This document shows positions 31,595 to 40,922 of a DNA stretch of 48,771 nucleotides, piece by piece (position 1 is the stretch's first letter; each line of letters opens with the position of its first letter). The stretch covers positions 1 to 48,771 of the forward strand of contig JAZLKX010000021.1 in NCBI GenBank assembly GCA_045597865.1. Direction: 5' to 3'. Below the pieces are notes generated by a model. The model had not been told where the DNA came from and ran no database searches. It worked only from the letters and a program-made list of their open reading frames with translations. The translations under genes and the position numbers were made by a program. The DNA comes from Bacilli bacterium. Lineage in GTDB: Bacteria; Bacillota_I; Bacilli_A; RFN20; CAG-826.

Positions 31595-32677
31595 ATGAGT
31601 AGAATTTACAACTTCTCCGCAGGACCAGCTATGTTACCAGAGGAAGTCCTCAAGACAGCAGCTGCGGAAATGCTTGATTGTCACGATTCAGGCATGTCGG
31701 TCATGGAAATGTCACACCGTTCCAAAACATACCAAGCTATTATTGATGAAGCTGAAGCTGATTTAAGAAAACTTATTGGTATTCCAGAGAATTACAAAGT
31801 CTTATTCTTACAAGGCGGTGCTACACTTCAATTTGCTATGATTCCAATGAACTTCATGGTTCATGGTAAGGCAGACTACATTAATACAGGTGTTTGGACC
31901 AAGAAAGCTATTAAAGACGCAAAGCTTTATGGCGAAGTCAATGTTGTCGCTTCTGGTGAAGAAGGCGGCTTTAAGAAAATCCCAGATTTAAAGGGTGTCA
32001 AATTCGATAAGGATGCAGACTACGTTTACATCTGTGACAACAACACAATCTTTGGTTCAAAATATAAAGAATACCCAGACACTGGTGATATTCCATTAAT
32101 TGCAGATATGTCATCATGTTTCTTATCCGAACCAATCGATGTTAAGAAATTCGGTATGATTTACGCTGGTGCACAAAAGAACGTCGGTCCAGCCGGTGTT
32201 ACAATTTGTATCATTAGAGACGACTTACTTGCACGTACTCCAGCACATCCACTTCCAGCATATTTGGACTACAGAATCCATGTTGAAAATGGCTCAATGT
32301 ACAACACTCCACCTACATACGGTATTTATATTTGCGGTTTAGTCTTCAAATGGTTACTTAAGACTGGCGGTCTTGAAGCAAGAGAAAAACTCAATGAAGA
32401 AAAGGCTGCTTTACTCTACGATTATTTAGATCATTCAAAACTCTTCACACCTTATGTTGATAAAGCATCACGTTCCCTTATGAACGTTACATTTAGAACA
32501 CCATCCGATGAAATGGATGCTGAATTCTTAGAAGGTGCAAAGAAATACAGATTCACCAACCTCAAAGGTCATAGACTTACTGGTGGCTTACGTGCTTCCA
32601 TTTATAACGCTATGCCAATCGAGGGTGTTAAAGCCTTAATTAAATATATGGCTGAATTCGAAGAGGCACACAAATAA
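31595..32677 (+). CDS. serC: Phosphoserine aminotransferase
   Basis: YNFSAGPA, MEMSHRS, ADMSS, YAGAQKNVGPAG, NTPPT, RASIYNA. Confidence 0.98.
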   Translation: MSRIYNFSAGPAMLPEEVLKTAAAEMLDCHDSGMSVMEMSHRSKTYQAIIDEAEADLRKLIGIPENYKVLFLQGGATLQFAMIPMNFMVHGKADYINTGVWTKKAIKDAKLYGEVNVVASGEEGGFKKIPDLKGVKFDKDADYVYICDNNTIFGSKYKEYPDTGDIPLIADMSSCFLSEPIDVKKFGMIYAGAQKNVGPAGVTICIIRDDLLARTPAHPLPAYLDYRIHVENGSMYNTPPTYGIYICGLVFKWLLKTGGLEAREKLNEEKAALLYDYLDHSKLFTPYVDKASRSLMNVTFRTPSDEMDAEFLEGAKKYRFTNLKGHRLTGGLRASIYNAMPIEGVKALIKYMAEFEEAHK

Positions 32678-33804
32678 TGAAGGTACTTTGCTTAAATAAA
32701 ATCTCACCAGTAGGCATGAAAGTTCTTCCTTCAAGTTATTCTGTAACTGAAGATATGAACGAAGCTGGTGCAATTCTTGTTAGAAGTGCAAACATGCTTG
32801 AAACTGTCCTTCCAGCAAATGTTGTTGCAGTCGCAAGAGCGGGGGCCGGTGTTAATAACATCCCACTTGAGCCATACGCAAAGGCTGGTGTTGTTGTTTT
32901 CAATACACCAGGCGCAAACGCTAATGCTGTTAAGGAATTAACCATCGCTGCTATGCTTTTAGCCGCCAGAGACATTCGTGGCTCAATGGAATGGGTAAAA
33001 GAAAACAAAGGCGATGAACTCATTAACAAATCAATGGAAAAAGCCAAAGGCGCATTTGCCGGAACAGAAATCATGGGTAAGACCCTTGGTATCGTGGGCT
33101 TAGGCGCAATTGGTGCTCTCGTTGCGGGTGCAGCAGGCGCATTAGGCATGCACGTAATCGCTGTTGAACCATCCGCAGCAACCGTTGAAAGAAACAAACA
33201 TCTTTGTCCAAATGACTTAGAAGTGGTCACATATGACGAATTATATGCACGCGCCGACTACATTTCTGTCCACGTTCCACTTCTTGATGCAACAAAGGGA
33301 ATGATCAATAAAGATGCATTCGCTAAGATGAAAGATGGCGTCATTCTTGTTAACTGTGCACGTGATGCAATTGTTAATGATGATGACTTAAAAGAAGCCA
33401 TAGCAGCAGGCAAAGTCCGTAGATACGTTACAGACTTCCCTAACTACAAGACAGCAAATATGGATGGCGTTGTTGCTATTTCACACCTTGGTGCTTCAAC
33501 TGAAGAAGCTGAAGACAACTGTGCAGCCATGGCAGCAAAACAAATCGTCGACTACGTTGAAAATGGTAACATTATCAACTCAGTCAACTATCCAAGAATC
33601 GACCTTGGTCCAAAAACTGGAACACGTGTCGTTGTCTTGTTTGAAGGTGATCATGTTGCAGAAGTTACTGGATTACTCAAAGCAACTAAACTTGCTTCAG
33701 GTATGAAGGGCAACTTTGGGGCCGTTGTTGCTGAAGTCGCTTCAGTTGATGAAGCAGCACTCAAAGCAGTCGCTGGCGTCACAAGAGTTGTTGTTATTAA
33801 ATAA
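32677..33804 (+). CDS. serA: 3-phosphoglycerate dehydrogenase
   Basis: ARAGAGVNNI, FNTPGANANAV, GLGAIG, HLGASTEEAE, NSVNYP; follows serC. Confidence 0.93.
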   Translation: MKVLCLNKISPVGMKVLPSSYSVTEDMNEAGAILVRSANMLETVLPANVVAVARAGAGVNNIPLEPYAKAGVVVFNTPGANANAVKELTIAAMLLAARDIRGSMEWVKENKGDELINKSMEKAKGAFAGTEIMGKTLGIVGLGAIGALVAGAAGALGMHVIAVEPSAATVERNKHLCPNDLEVVTYDELYARADYISVHVPLLDATKGMINKDAFAKMKDGVILVNCARDAIVNDDDLKEAIAAGKVRRYVTDFPNYKTANMDGVVAISHLGASTEEAEDNCAAMAAKQIVDYVENGNIINSVNYPRIDLGPKTGTRVVVLFEGDHVAEVTGLLKATKLASGMKGNFGAVVAEVASVDEAALKAVAGVTRVVVIK

Positions 33805-33820
33805 CAAAACTGAACAAAAT

Positions 33821-33856
33821 AAAAGAGTTTGGGGTTTCAGTTCCAAACTCTTTTTT
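33821..33856. terminator. Bidirectional terminator between serA and arcC
   Basis: AAAAGAGTTTGGGG...TTCCAAACTCTTTTTT. Confidence 0.85.
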
Positions 33857-33873
33857 ATTTTGTTTATAATCAA

Positions 33874-34791
33874 CTATTTGATTATTGTGCCGCTTTTGAG
33901 TTCAAAGGCTTCTGGAGCTTTTGCAAGTGATGAAATAATTGCTGTTTTTCCAGGTGCTTTATTTAAGAACTTAACGCAAGCGTTAACTTTCGGATACATT
34001 GAACCTTTTGCGAAGTAGTCAGTTTTGAGATATTCTTCCATCTCAGCTTTGCTAACATTTTCAAGTTTCTTTTGATCTGGTTTATTGAAGTTAATGTAGA
34101 CGTTATCAACTGCGGTTAAGATTACTAAGTAATCTGCATCGACAAGTTCTGCGACTTTTGCAGATGCATAGTCCTTATCAATAACTGCTGCTACGCCCTC
34201 GAGTTTTCCGTTATTTTCAATAACTGGAATTCCTCCGCCGCCAGCACAGATAACAATATCGCCTGCTTTGACGAGCCTTGAGATTGATTCTTTTTCGATG
34301 ACGTCAATTGGAAGTGGTGAAGCAACAACTCTTCTCCAGCCTCTGCCTGCGTCTTCTTTAATTGAATAGCCTTTTTCTGCTGCTAATTTCTTAGCGTCAG
34401 CTTCGCTGTAGAAGGCACCAACTGGTTTGGTTGGGTTCTGGAACATTGGGTCATTTTTATCAACGAGAACTTGTGAAACAACGGTTGCAACGTTTCTCTT
34501 TAATCCTTCTTCCTTAAGTGCGTTATAAATTGCATTTTGGATGTGGAAGCCAATGTAGCCTTGACTCATTGCGCCACATTCTGGAAATGGCATATCTGGG
34601 GCTGATGTTGATTCAGTAAAAGCAAGATTAATCATACCAACTTGTGGTCCGTTACCATGAACGATGATTACTTCATTGCCAAGTTTGATTAAGTGGACGA
34701 TTGATTTTGCAACTCCAACTAAAAGTTGTTTTTGCTCTTCAGCGTTATTTCCGAGAGCATTTCCACCTAATGAAACGACATATCTTGACAT
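33874..34791 (-). CDS. arcC: Carbamate kinase
   Basis: SLGGNAL, HGNGPQVG, PTKPVG, WRRVVASP, GGGGIPV, AVIDKD, GSMYPK. Confidence 0.97.
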   Translation of the reverse strand: MSRYVVSLGGNALGNNAEEQKQLLVGVAKSIVHLIKLGNEVIIVHGNGPQVGMINLAFTESTSAPDMPFPECGAMSQGYIGFHIQNAIYNALKEEGLKRNVATVVSQVLVDKNDPMFQNPTKPVGAFYSEADAKKLAAEKGYSIKEDAGRGWRRVVASPLPIDVIEKESISRLVKAGDIVICAGGGGIPVIENNGKLEGVAAVIDKDYASAKVAELVDADYLVILTAVDNVYINFNKPDQKKLENVSKAEMEEYLKTDYFAKGSMYPKVNACVKFLNKAPGKTAIISSLAKAPEAFELKSGTIIK

Positions 34792-34908
34792 AGTATTTTC
34801 TCCTTAAAATCAACTATAATTATATTCCTTTTAGGAAAAATCACACACATTTTACGTAAATATTTTGAAATATTGTGATACAATACTAGACAATATTGGA
34901 GACTTACT

Positions 34909-35385
34909 ATGGAAAAAGCTAAAAATATTTCTTGGGAAGAGTACTTTATGTCTATGGCTGTTTTATCCAGCCAAAGAAGTAAAGACCCAAATACAAAAGT
35001 TGGTGCTTGTATTGTTGATTCTGATCACAAAATTGTTTCAAATGGCTACAACGGAATGCCATGCGGATGCGATGAAGACGAACTTTCATGGAACAAAGGT
35101 GAAGGACTTGATTCCAAATACCTTTACGTTTGTCACGCAGAATTTAACGCAATTTTAAATACACGCGATGGTGCAGCCTTAAAAGGCTGTACACTTTACG
35201 TTACATTATTCCCGTGTAATGAATGTACAAAAGCAATCATTCAAAAGGGAATTAAAGAAGTTGTCTATTTAGACAATAAATATGCTGATACAACTGAAAC
35301 TAAAGCTTCCGCAAAGATGCTTAAGTTAGCAGGTGTTAAGACTCGTAAGTACGAAGGAAGAATTATTAAATTCGATTTTGAATAA
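34909..35385 (+). CDS. dCMP deaminase family protein
   Basis: RSKDPNTKVGACIV, GYNG, CHAEFNAI, TLFPCNEC. Confidence 0.95.
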   Translation: MEKAKNISWEEYFMSMAVLSSQRSKDPNTKVGACIVDSDHKIVSNGYNGMPCGCDEDELSWNKGEGLDSKYLYVCHAEFNAILNTRDGAALKGCTLYVTLFPCNECTKAIIQKGIKEVVYLDNKYADTTETKASAKMLKLAGVKTRKYEGRIIKFDFE

Positions 35386-35386
35386 A

Positions 35387-36202
35387 ATGAAATTAATCGA
35401 AGTAAACAATCTTGTTTTCAGCTACGATAAGAAAATAAACGTCGTCGATGGCGTTTCTTTTTCTGTTGAATCAGGAAAATATATTTCGATTATTGGACAT
35501 AATGGTTCTGGTAAATCCACAATTGCAAAACTTTTGATTGGACTTCTTGAACCAAGTAATGACTCAATTAAAGCATTCGGTTTAGATCTTAATGCCAAAA
35601 ATCTTGGAGCAATCCGTTCTCGTATAGGAATTGTTTTTCAAAATCCAGATAACCAATTTGTAGGTTCAACAGTTAGAGATGATATTGCATTCGGTTTAGA
35701 GAATAGAAGAGTTCCTCACGATCAAATGGATGAAATCATAAATAAGTTTGCTGAAAAGGTTCGTATGTCAGAGTTTTTAGACAAGGAACCAGAGAACCTT
35801 TCTGGTGGTCAAAAACAGCGTGTAGCAATCGCTGGAATTTTAGCAATGAATCCAGATGTAATTATCTTTGACGAAGCAACTTCAATGCTTGATCCAAAGG
35901 GCAAAAGAGAAGTTCGCGAAACCATCGATTTAATGAGAAAAGAAAATCCAAATCTTTCCATCATTTCCATTACTCATGACCTTGAAGAAGCGTTCTCCTC
36001 AGACGAAGTAATTGTTCTTAAGAAGGGTAAGATTGTCGGACACGATAAACCTGAAAATATCCTGGAAAACCCGGGTATTTTCGTGGAATCTGGCGTAGAT
36101 TTGCCGTTTAAATCAAAATTTGTAAAGTTACTTTCTGAAGTGGGAATAGAAATTAAAAACGATGAAAGTCTAGAAAGGATTGTTGAGGAATTATGCCAAT
36201 AA
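35387..36202 (+). CDS. ecfA1: ECF transporter ATPase A1
   Basis: GHNGSGKST, FQNPDNQF, LSGGQKQR, DEATSMLD. Confidence 0.95.
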   Translation: MKLIEVNNLVFSYDKKINVVDGVSFSVESGKYISIIGHNGSGKSTIAKLLIGLLEPSNDSIKAFGLDLNAKNLGAIRSRIGIVFQNPDNQFVGSTVRDDIAFGLENRRVPHDQMDEIINKFAEKVRMSEFLDKEPENLSGGQKQRVAIAGILAMNPDVIIFDEATSMLDPKGKREVRETIDLMRKENPNLSIISITHDLEEAFSSDEVIVLKKGKIVGHDKPENILENPGIFVESGVDLPFKSKFVKLLSEVGIEIKNDESLERIVEELCQ

Positions 36203-37041
36203 ACTTCAAGAATGTTTTCTACACTTATTCTGAAAAAACACCATTTAGACATGAGGCATTGAAAGGTGTCTCTTTAACAATCAATGATGGTTCTTTCACA
36301 TGTGTTGTTGGACATACTGGTTGCGGTAAATCTACACTCATTCAACAACTTAACGGATTGCTTATTCCAACGTCAGGTTCAGTTGATGTAAATGAGTACC
36401 ACATTGAAAAGAAAAATAAGTCTCTTAAAAAGCTCCATGATTTAAGAAAAGAAGTTGGAGTTGTATTCCAATTTTCAGAATATCAATTATTTGAAGAAAC
36501 AATTGAAGAAGACGTTGCTTTTGGACCAATGAATTTTGGCGTTAAAAAAGAAGATGCTCTTAAGATTGCTCATGAATGTTTAAAGACAGTTGGTATTCCA
36601 GAAGACTACTATAAAAAATCTCCATTTGAAATTAGTGGTGGAGAAAAACGTAGAGTTGCAATTGCTGGTATTTTAGCATTACAGCCAAAAACACTAGTTT
36701 TAGACGAACCTACAGCAGGTTTAGACCCTCGTGGTACAAAGTACATTCTTGATTTATTCAAGAAGCTTAACGAGCAAGGCACAACAATCGTTTTTGTTAC
36801 TCATGATATAAACATAGTTTATGAATATGCAACAGACGTAATTGTTATGAATGAAGGAAAAGTTGTTTTACAAACGGTTCCAGAAAAACTATTTGCTGAG
36901 GATGTTGAACAATATTCTTTAGAAACTCCATTAATTCAAAAAACAGTTAACCTTTTGTTATCAAAAGGCATGAAATTAAATGTTAGCAAGATTCGTTCGC
37001 TTGAAGATCTTGTTAAGGAAATAGCGGAGGCAAGAAAATGA
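36193..37041 (+). CDS. ecfA2: ECF transporter ATPase A2
   Basis: GHTGCGKST, FQFSEYQLFEE, SPFEISGG, LDEPTAGLD. Confidence 0.95.
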   Translation: MPINFKNVFYTYSEKTPFRHEALKGVSLTINDGSFTCVVGHTGCGKSTLIQQLNGLLIPTSGSVDVNEYHIEKKNKSLKKLHDLRKEVGVVFQFSEYQLFEETIEEDVAFGPMNFGVKKEDALKIAHECLKTVGIPEDYYKKSPFEISGGEKRRVAIAGILALQPKTLVLDEPTAGLDPRGTKYILDLFKKLNEQGTTIVFVTHDINIVYEYATDVIVMNEGKVVLQTVPEKLFAEDVEQYSLETPLIQKTVNLLLSKGMKLNVSKIRSLEDLVKEIAEARK

Positions 37042-37967
37042 CAAATGTTGCTCTAGGCCGCTATGTTCCATATAATTCATTCATTCATAGAATGGATGCA
37101 AGAAATAAGATTTTCTGTCTTATAGCTTTAATGGTGGCAGTTTTTATTTCTTATCCGACATATGAAATTACATTTATTGTTGGTGGTGCTTTAGCAGTAT
37201 TCATTTTCGCATTGCTTTTAATCTCACATGTATCTGTGAAAGACATTTTTAAGTCTCTCAGAGTTTTGTGGTTTTTTATTATATTACTTCTAGTAATTAA
37301 TATGTTTATTCCTCCAAAAGGCGCTGAAAATATTGCTTTTTCTATGGGAAACATAAATGTTTATTGGGAAGCTATTTTCCAAAGCTTAAAGATTATTTTA
37401 AGACTAGTCTTAATGATTGAACTTACAATGATATTAACTGCAACAACTAAGCCATTAGATTTAACATACGGTTTAGAATGGTACTTAACTCCATTGAAGC
37501 TTGTTAAATTCCCAGCACACGAAGTTGCTATGACAATTTCAATTGCTCTTCGTTTTATTCCAACTTTGTTGGATGAAACAGACAGAATCATGAAAGCACA
37601 ATCTTCTAGAGGCGTTGATTTTAAGCACGGAAAACTATCTGCAAGATTAAAAGCAATTGTCTCTTTAATAATTCCATTATTTATTTCTGCTTTCCAACGT
37701 TCAGAAGAATTAGCAGACTCGATGGAAGCTCGCGGTTATGATCCAAAAGCAAAAAGAACCAGATATCATGTTTTGAGATTCTCTCTTAACGATTTATTTA
37801 CATTTATTTTGGTTGGCGCTTTAATGTCAGGAACAATCGTTTTATCCCATTACCAATGGAATTTGCAAACAGCAAGTTTTGTTCCATGGTATTCACTAAT
37901 TTTGATATGCATTTTTATCTACATTATTCTTGTCGGAATCATTGATGCAGCAAGGAGAAAAGCATGA
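37038..37967 (+). CDS. ecfT: ECF transporter transmembrane component T
   Basis: GRYVP, ALRFIPTL, AQSSRG, MEARGY. Confidence 0.95.
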   Translation: MTNVALGRYVPYNSFIHRMDARNKIFCLIALMVAVFISYPTYEITFIVGGALAVFIFALLLISHVSVKDIFKSLRVLWFFIILLLVINMFIPPKGAENIAFSMGNINVYWEAIFQSLKIILRLVLMIELTMILTATTKPLDLTYGLEWYLTPLKLVKFPAHEVAMTISIALRFIPTLLDETDRIMKAQSSRGVDFKHGKLSARLKAIVSLIIPLFISAFQRSEELADSMEARGYDPKAKRTRYHVLRFSLNDLFTFILVGALMSGTIVLSHYQWNLQTASFVPWYSLILICIFIYIILVGIIDAARRKA

Positions 37968-38704
37968 GATATTTAGCAACAGTTCAATATAAAGGAACAG
38001 CCTATTGTGGATGGCAAAAACAAACTGTTTCAAAGTTACCTTCTGTGCAGGAAGAAATTGAAAAAGTTTTGTCGAAAATTTTGAATGAAGATATAAAGAT
38101 TTTTGGCTCCGGAAGAACAGATGCTGGCGTTCATGCTTTAGGCCAGACTTTTCATTTTAATACGGGAAAACATATAGATTTTTACAAATTTTCCCATGGT
38201 TTTAACGAATTAATTGTAAACGATATAGTGCTTGTTGATATGAAGGAAGTTGATGAAAATTTCCATGCAAGATTCTCTGCAACAGGCAAGACTTATTTAT
38301 ACAAAATTGAGAACAAAAATCACTTTGACCCATTCAATGAAAATCTTGCTTATCAGCTTAAAACGAAACTTGATATTGAGGCCATGAAAAAAGCATCAAA
38401 AATCTTTATTGGAGAGCACAATTTTCAGAACTTTACATCAAAGGAAGAAGACGACAAAAACTTTGTTCGTAACATTACAAAAATTTCAATTTCTGAAGAC
38501 GAAAAATTCATAAATATTGAACTAACCGGAAATGGATTTATGCGTTATATGGTTAGGATGATTGTGGGTAATTTAGTTCAGATTGGTTTAGGCAAATTAT
38601 CAAAGGAAGAAATTGAGAAAAATCTCGTTTCAAACGAGAGAAAACCAAGTTCATATAAGGCTCCTGCAGAAGGTCTTTATTTGAAGGAAGTTTTATATAA
38701 TTAG
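37964..38704 (+). CDS. truA: tRNA pseudouridine(38-40) synthase
   Basis: GWQKQ, SGRTDAGVHA, FHARF, GFMRYMVR. Confidence 0.97.
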   Translation: MRYLATVQYKGTAYCGWQKQTVSKLPSVQEEIEKVLSKILNEDIKIFGSGRTDAGVHALGQTFHFNTGKHIDFYKFSHGFNELIVNDIVLVDMKEVDENFHARFSATGKTYLYKIENKNHFDPFNENLAYQLKTKLDIEAMKKASKIFIGEHNFQNFTSKEEDDKNFVRNITKISISEDEKFINIELTGNGFMRYMVRMIVGNLVQIGLGKLSKEEIEKNLVSNERKPSSYKAPAEGLYLKEVLYN

Positions 38705-38715
38705 ACAATTAGGGT

Positions 38716-38743
38716 TTGTCTTATTAAATAAGAAGTGTATAAT
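38716..38743 (+). promoter_or_regulatory. Putative promoter of yebC
   Basis: TTGTCT-16 nt-TATAAT. Confidence 0.55.
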
Positions 38744-38770
38744 TAAACACGTCCAAAAGGAGATATTACA

Positions 38771-39475
38771 ATGGGAAGACATCATGAAGTTCGTGCCGCA
38801 GCTATGGCTAAGACCGGCGCAATGAAATCAGCATTATATGCTCGTGCTTCTAAAGAAGCATATATGGCAGCTCGTACTGGCGATCCAGATCCAAAGACCA
38901 ACTTAGCTTTAAGAGCTGTTTATGATAAATATCGTGGAAAATCAGTTCCAAGAGATGTTTTTGATAGAGCTATTAAAAAAGCTCAAGGCGGAGATGCAGT
39001 CGCATTTGTCGAAGGACGTTACGAAGCATTTGGCCCAGGAAATTCATTATTAATTGTTGATACATTGACAGACAACCCAAATAGAGCACTTGTCGAAGTC
39101 AGAACTCAAATCGTTCGTAAAGGTGGTCATTTAGGTTCAGTTATGTTCAATTTTACCCAAATGGGTATTCTCTCATTCAAGGGTGACAACAGAGATGCAG
39201 TTGAAGAAGCATTAATTCTTGGCGATGTTGATGTTCAATCCGTTGAAGCAGAAGATGGTTACATTTACGTTCAAGTTTCTCCAGAAGCTTTTGCTAAAGC
39301 AAAAGATGTTCTTGCAGAAATGAACATTACAGAATTTGATGAAGCAGAAGTTCGTATGGAACCAAATGAATGGGTTACATTAGATGATGAATCCAAACAA
39401 AAATTCCAAGAACTTATTGATGCTCTTGAAGAATGTGAAGATGTCCAAAACGTCGCACATAACGTCGAGCTCTAA
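38771..39475 (+). CDS. YebC/PmpR family protein
   Basis: DPKTNLALR, RYEAFGPG, LTDNPNR, LEECEDVQNVAHN. Confidence 0.93.
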   Translation: MGRHHEVRAAAMAKTGAMKSALYARASKEAYMAARTGDPDPKTNLALRAVYDKYRGKSVPRDVFDRAIKKAQGGDAVAFVEGRYEAFGPGNSLLIVDTLTDNPNRALVEVRTQIVRKGGHLGSVMFNFTQMGILSFKGDNRDAVEEALILGDVDVQSVEAEDGYIYVQVSPEAFAKAKDVLAEMNITEFDEAEVRMEPNEWVTLDDESKQKFQELIDALEECEDVQNVAHNVEL

Positions 39476-39491
39476 TTCTTATTAAAAACTG

Positions 39492-39522
39492 AAAAATATG
39501 CGCGAAACTGCGCATATTTTTT
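39492..39522 (+). terminator. Terminator after yebC
   Basis: AAAAATATGCGC-gaaact-GCGCATATTTTTT. Confidence 0.9.
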
Positions 39523-39575
39523 ATTTATTTGGATGGTTTCAAAACCTCTTACTTTGTAACTATATAAAAAAGTCT

Positions 39576-39604
39576 TTGACTAGATTAATACGTTTTAGTA
39601 TAAT
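39576..39604 (+). promoter_or_regulatory. sigmaA promoter of rplM-rpsI
   Basis: TTGACT-17 nt-TATAAT. Confidence 0.85.
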
Positions 39605-39609
39605 CTAAC

Positions 39610-39660
39610 TCGCACAATGAAAAATCAATAGTCCCGGTAAGATTATTGCTTGAGTAAGGA
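39610..39660 (+). promoter_or_regulatory. L13 leader-like RNA element
   Basis: Hairpin CAATAGTC-CCGGTAA-GATTATTG containing CCCGG, between promoter and rplM SD, as in Firmicutes L13 leaders. Confidence 0.6.
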
Positions 39661-39670
39661 GGAAACAAAA

Positions 39671-40114
39671 ATGCAACGTCAAACAACGATCGCAAAACCA
39701 GAAAAGATCGAACGTAAGTGGTATGTCATTGATGCAACCGGCATTCCTTATGGTCGTCTTGCTTCCTTTGTTGCAGTTAAATTAATGGGTAAGGACAAAT
39801 CAATCTACACTCCAAATGTTGATTGCGGAGACTACGTCATTGTTATTAACTGTGAAAAAGTAGCTTTATCTGGAACAAACAAACTTAAAAACAAAAAATA
39901 TTACAACGATTCTCAATATCTTGGCGGCTTAAGAGTCAGAACAGCTGGCGAAATGGTCGAAAGATATCCAGAAGAAATGGTCACCCGTTCAATCTGGGGT
40001 ATGCTTCCAAAAGGTCCATTAGGACGTCAAATTGTGAAGAAACTCTTCGTTTACAAGGGACCAGAACACAAACACGAAGCTCAGAAACCTGAAGTCCTCG
40101 TGTGGAAGAAATAA
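39671..40114 (+). CDS. rplM: 50S ribosomal protein L13
   Basis: [27 protein letters not shown]; SD AAGGAGG. Confidence 0.98.
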   Translation: MQRQTTIAKPEKIERKWYVIDATGIPYGRLASFVAVKLMGKDKSIYTPNVDCGDYVIVINCEKVALSGTNKLKNKKYYNDSQYLGGLRVRTAGEMVERYPEEMVTRSIWGMLPKGPLGRQIVKKLFVYKGPEHKHEAQKPEVLVWKK

Positions 40115-40125
40115 GGAGAAGAACC

Positions 40126-40518
40126 ATGGCAGAAGTTAAGAAATTCTACGGAACTGGAAGACGCAAATCTTCCATTGCTCGTGTCTATGTCACTCCAGGA
40201 AAAGGCAAAATTGTCGTTAATGGACAAGATGTCAAATCCTATATGCCATATGCCACATTAGTTATGGATTTATCACAACCTCTTGAGGTTGTTGGTAAAG
40301 CTGACAAGTACGATGTTGAAGCATTCGTACAAGGTGGTGGATTCACTGGCCAAGCTGGCGCAATTAGACTTGGTATCGCACGTGCTTTACTTGAAGCAGG
40401 TGAAGACAGAAAAGCATTAAAGGTTGCTGGCTTAGTTAAAAGAGATGCCCGTGCTAAAGAACGTAAAAAATACGGTCTCAAAGCTGCACGTCGTGCTCCA
40501 CAATTCTCCAAACGTTAA
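40126..40518 (+). CDS. rpsI: 30S ribosomal protein S9
   Basis: [35 protein letters not shown]. Confidence 0.99.
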   Translation: MAEVKKFYGTGRRKSSIARVYVTPGKGKIVVNGQDVKSYMPYATLVMDLSQPLEVVGKADKYDVEAFVQGGGFTGQAGAIRLGIARALLEAGEDRKALKVAGLVKRDARAKERKKYGLKAARRAPQFSKR

Positions 40519-40535
40519 TATTTGTTTCTATTGCA

Positions 40536-40562
40536 GGGGCCTCGTCTATGGCGGGGCCTCTT
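40536..40562 (+). terminator. GC-rich hairpin after rpsI (weak U-tract)
   Basis: GGGGCCTCGTC-TAT-GGCGGGGCCTC followed by TT. Confidence 0.55.
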
Positions 40563-40577
40563 ATCCCCAAATTTATA

Positions 40578-40606
40578 TTGATAATATATAAACATTGTTG
40601 TATATT
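40578..40606 (+). promoter_or_regulatory. Putative promoter of the tRNA cluster
   Basis: TTGATA-17 nt-TATATT. Confidence 0.6.
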
Positions 40607-40629
40607 ATTAAGGCGCGAAAGCGCAAAAT

Positions 40630-40706
<77 letters not shown>

Positions 40707-40760
40707 TTTGTTAATTTCAGCCCTTAGGGGCTGTTATTATAAGGGGAACAAACCCCCGAA

Positions 40761-40836
40761 GGGCACTTAGCTCAGTTGGGAGAGCGTTTCCTTCACACGG
40801 AAGAGGTCACAAGTTCGAACCTTGTAGCGCCCACCA
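40761..40836 (+). tRNA. tRNA-Val(CAC)
   Basis: GGGCACT/AGCGCCC acceptor stem (A5.C68 mismatch), TTTCC-TTCACAC-GGAAG anticodon arm, encoded CCA. Confidence 0.92.
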
Positions 40837-40839
40837 GAT

Positions 40840-40915
40840 GCCTTCTTAGCTCAATTGGCAGAGCAACCGCCTTGTAAGCGGTAGGTTATTGGTTCAAGTC
40901 CGATAGAAGGCACCA
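40840..40915 (+). tRNA. tRNA-Thr(TGT)
   Basis: GCCTTCT/AGAAGGC acceptor stem, ACCGC-CTTGTAA-GCGGT anticodon arm, encoded CCA. Confidence 0.96.
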
Positions 40916-40922
40916 TTTCCTT

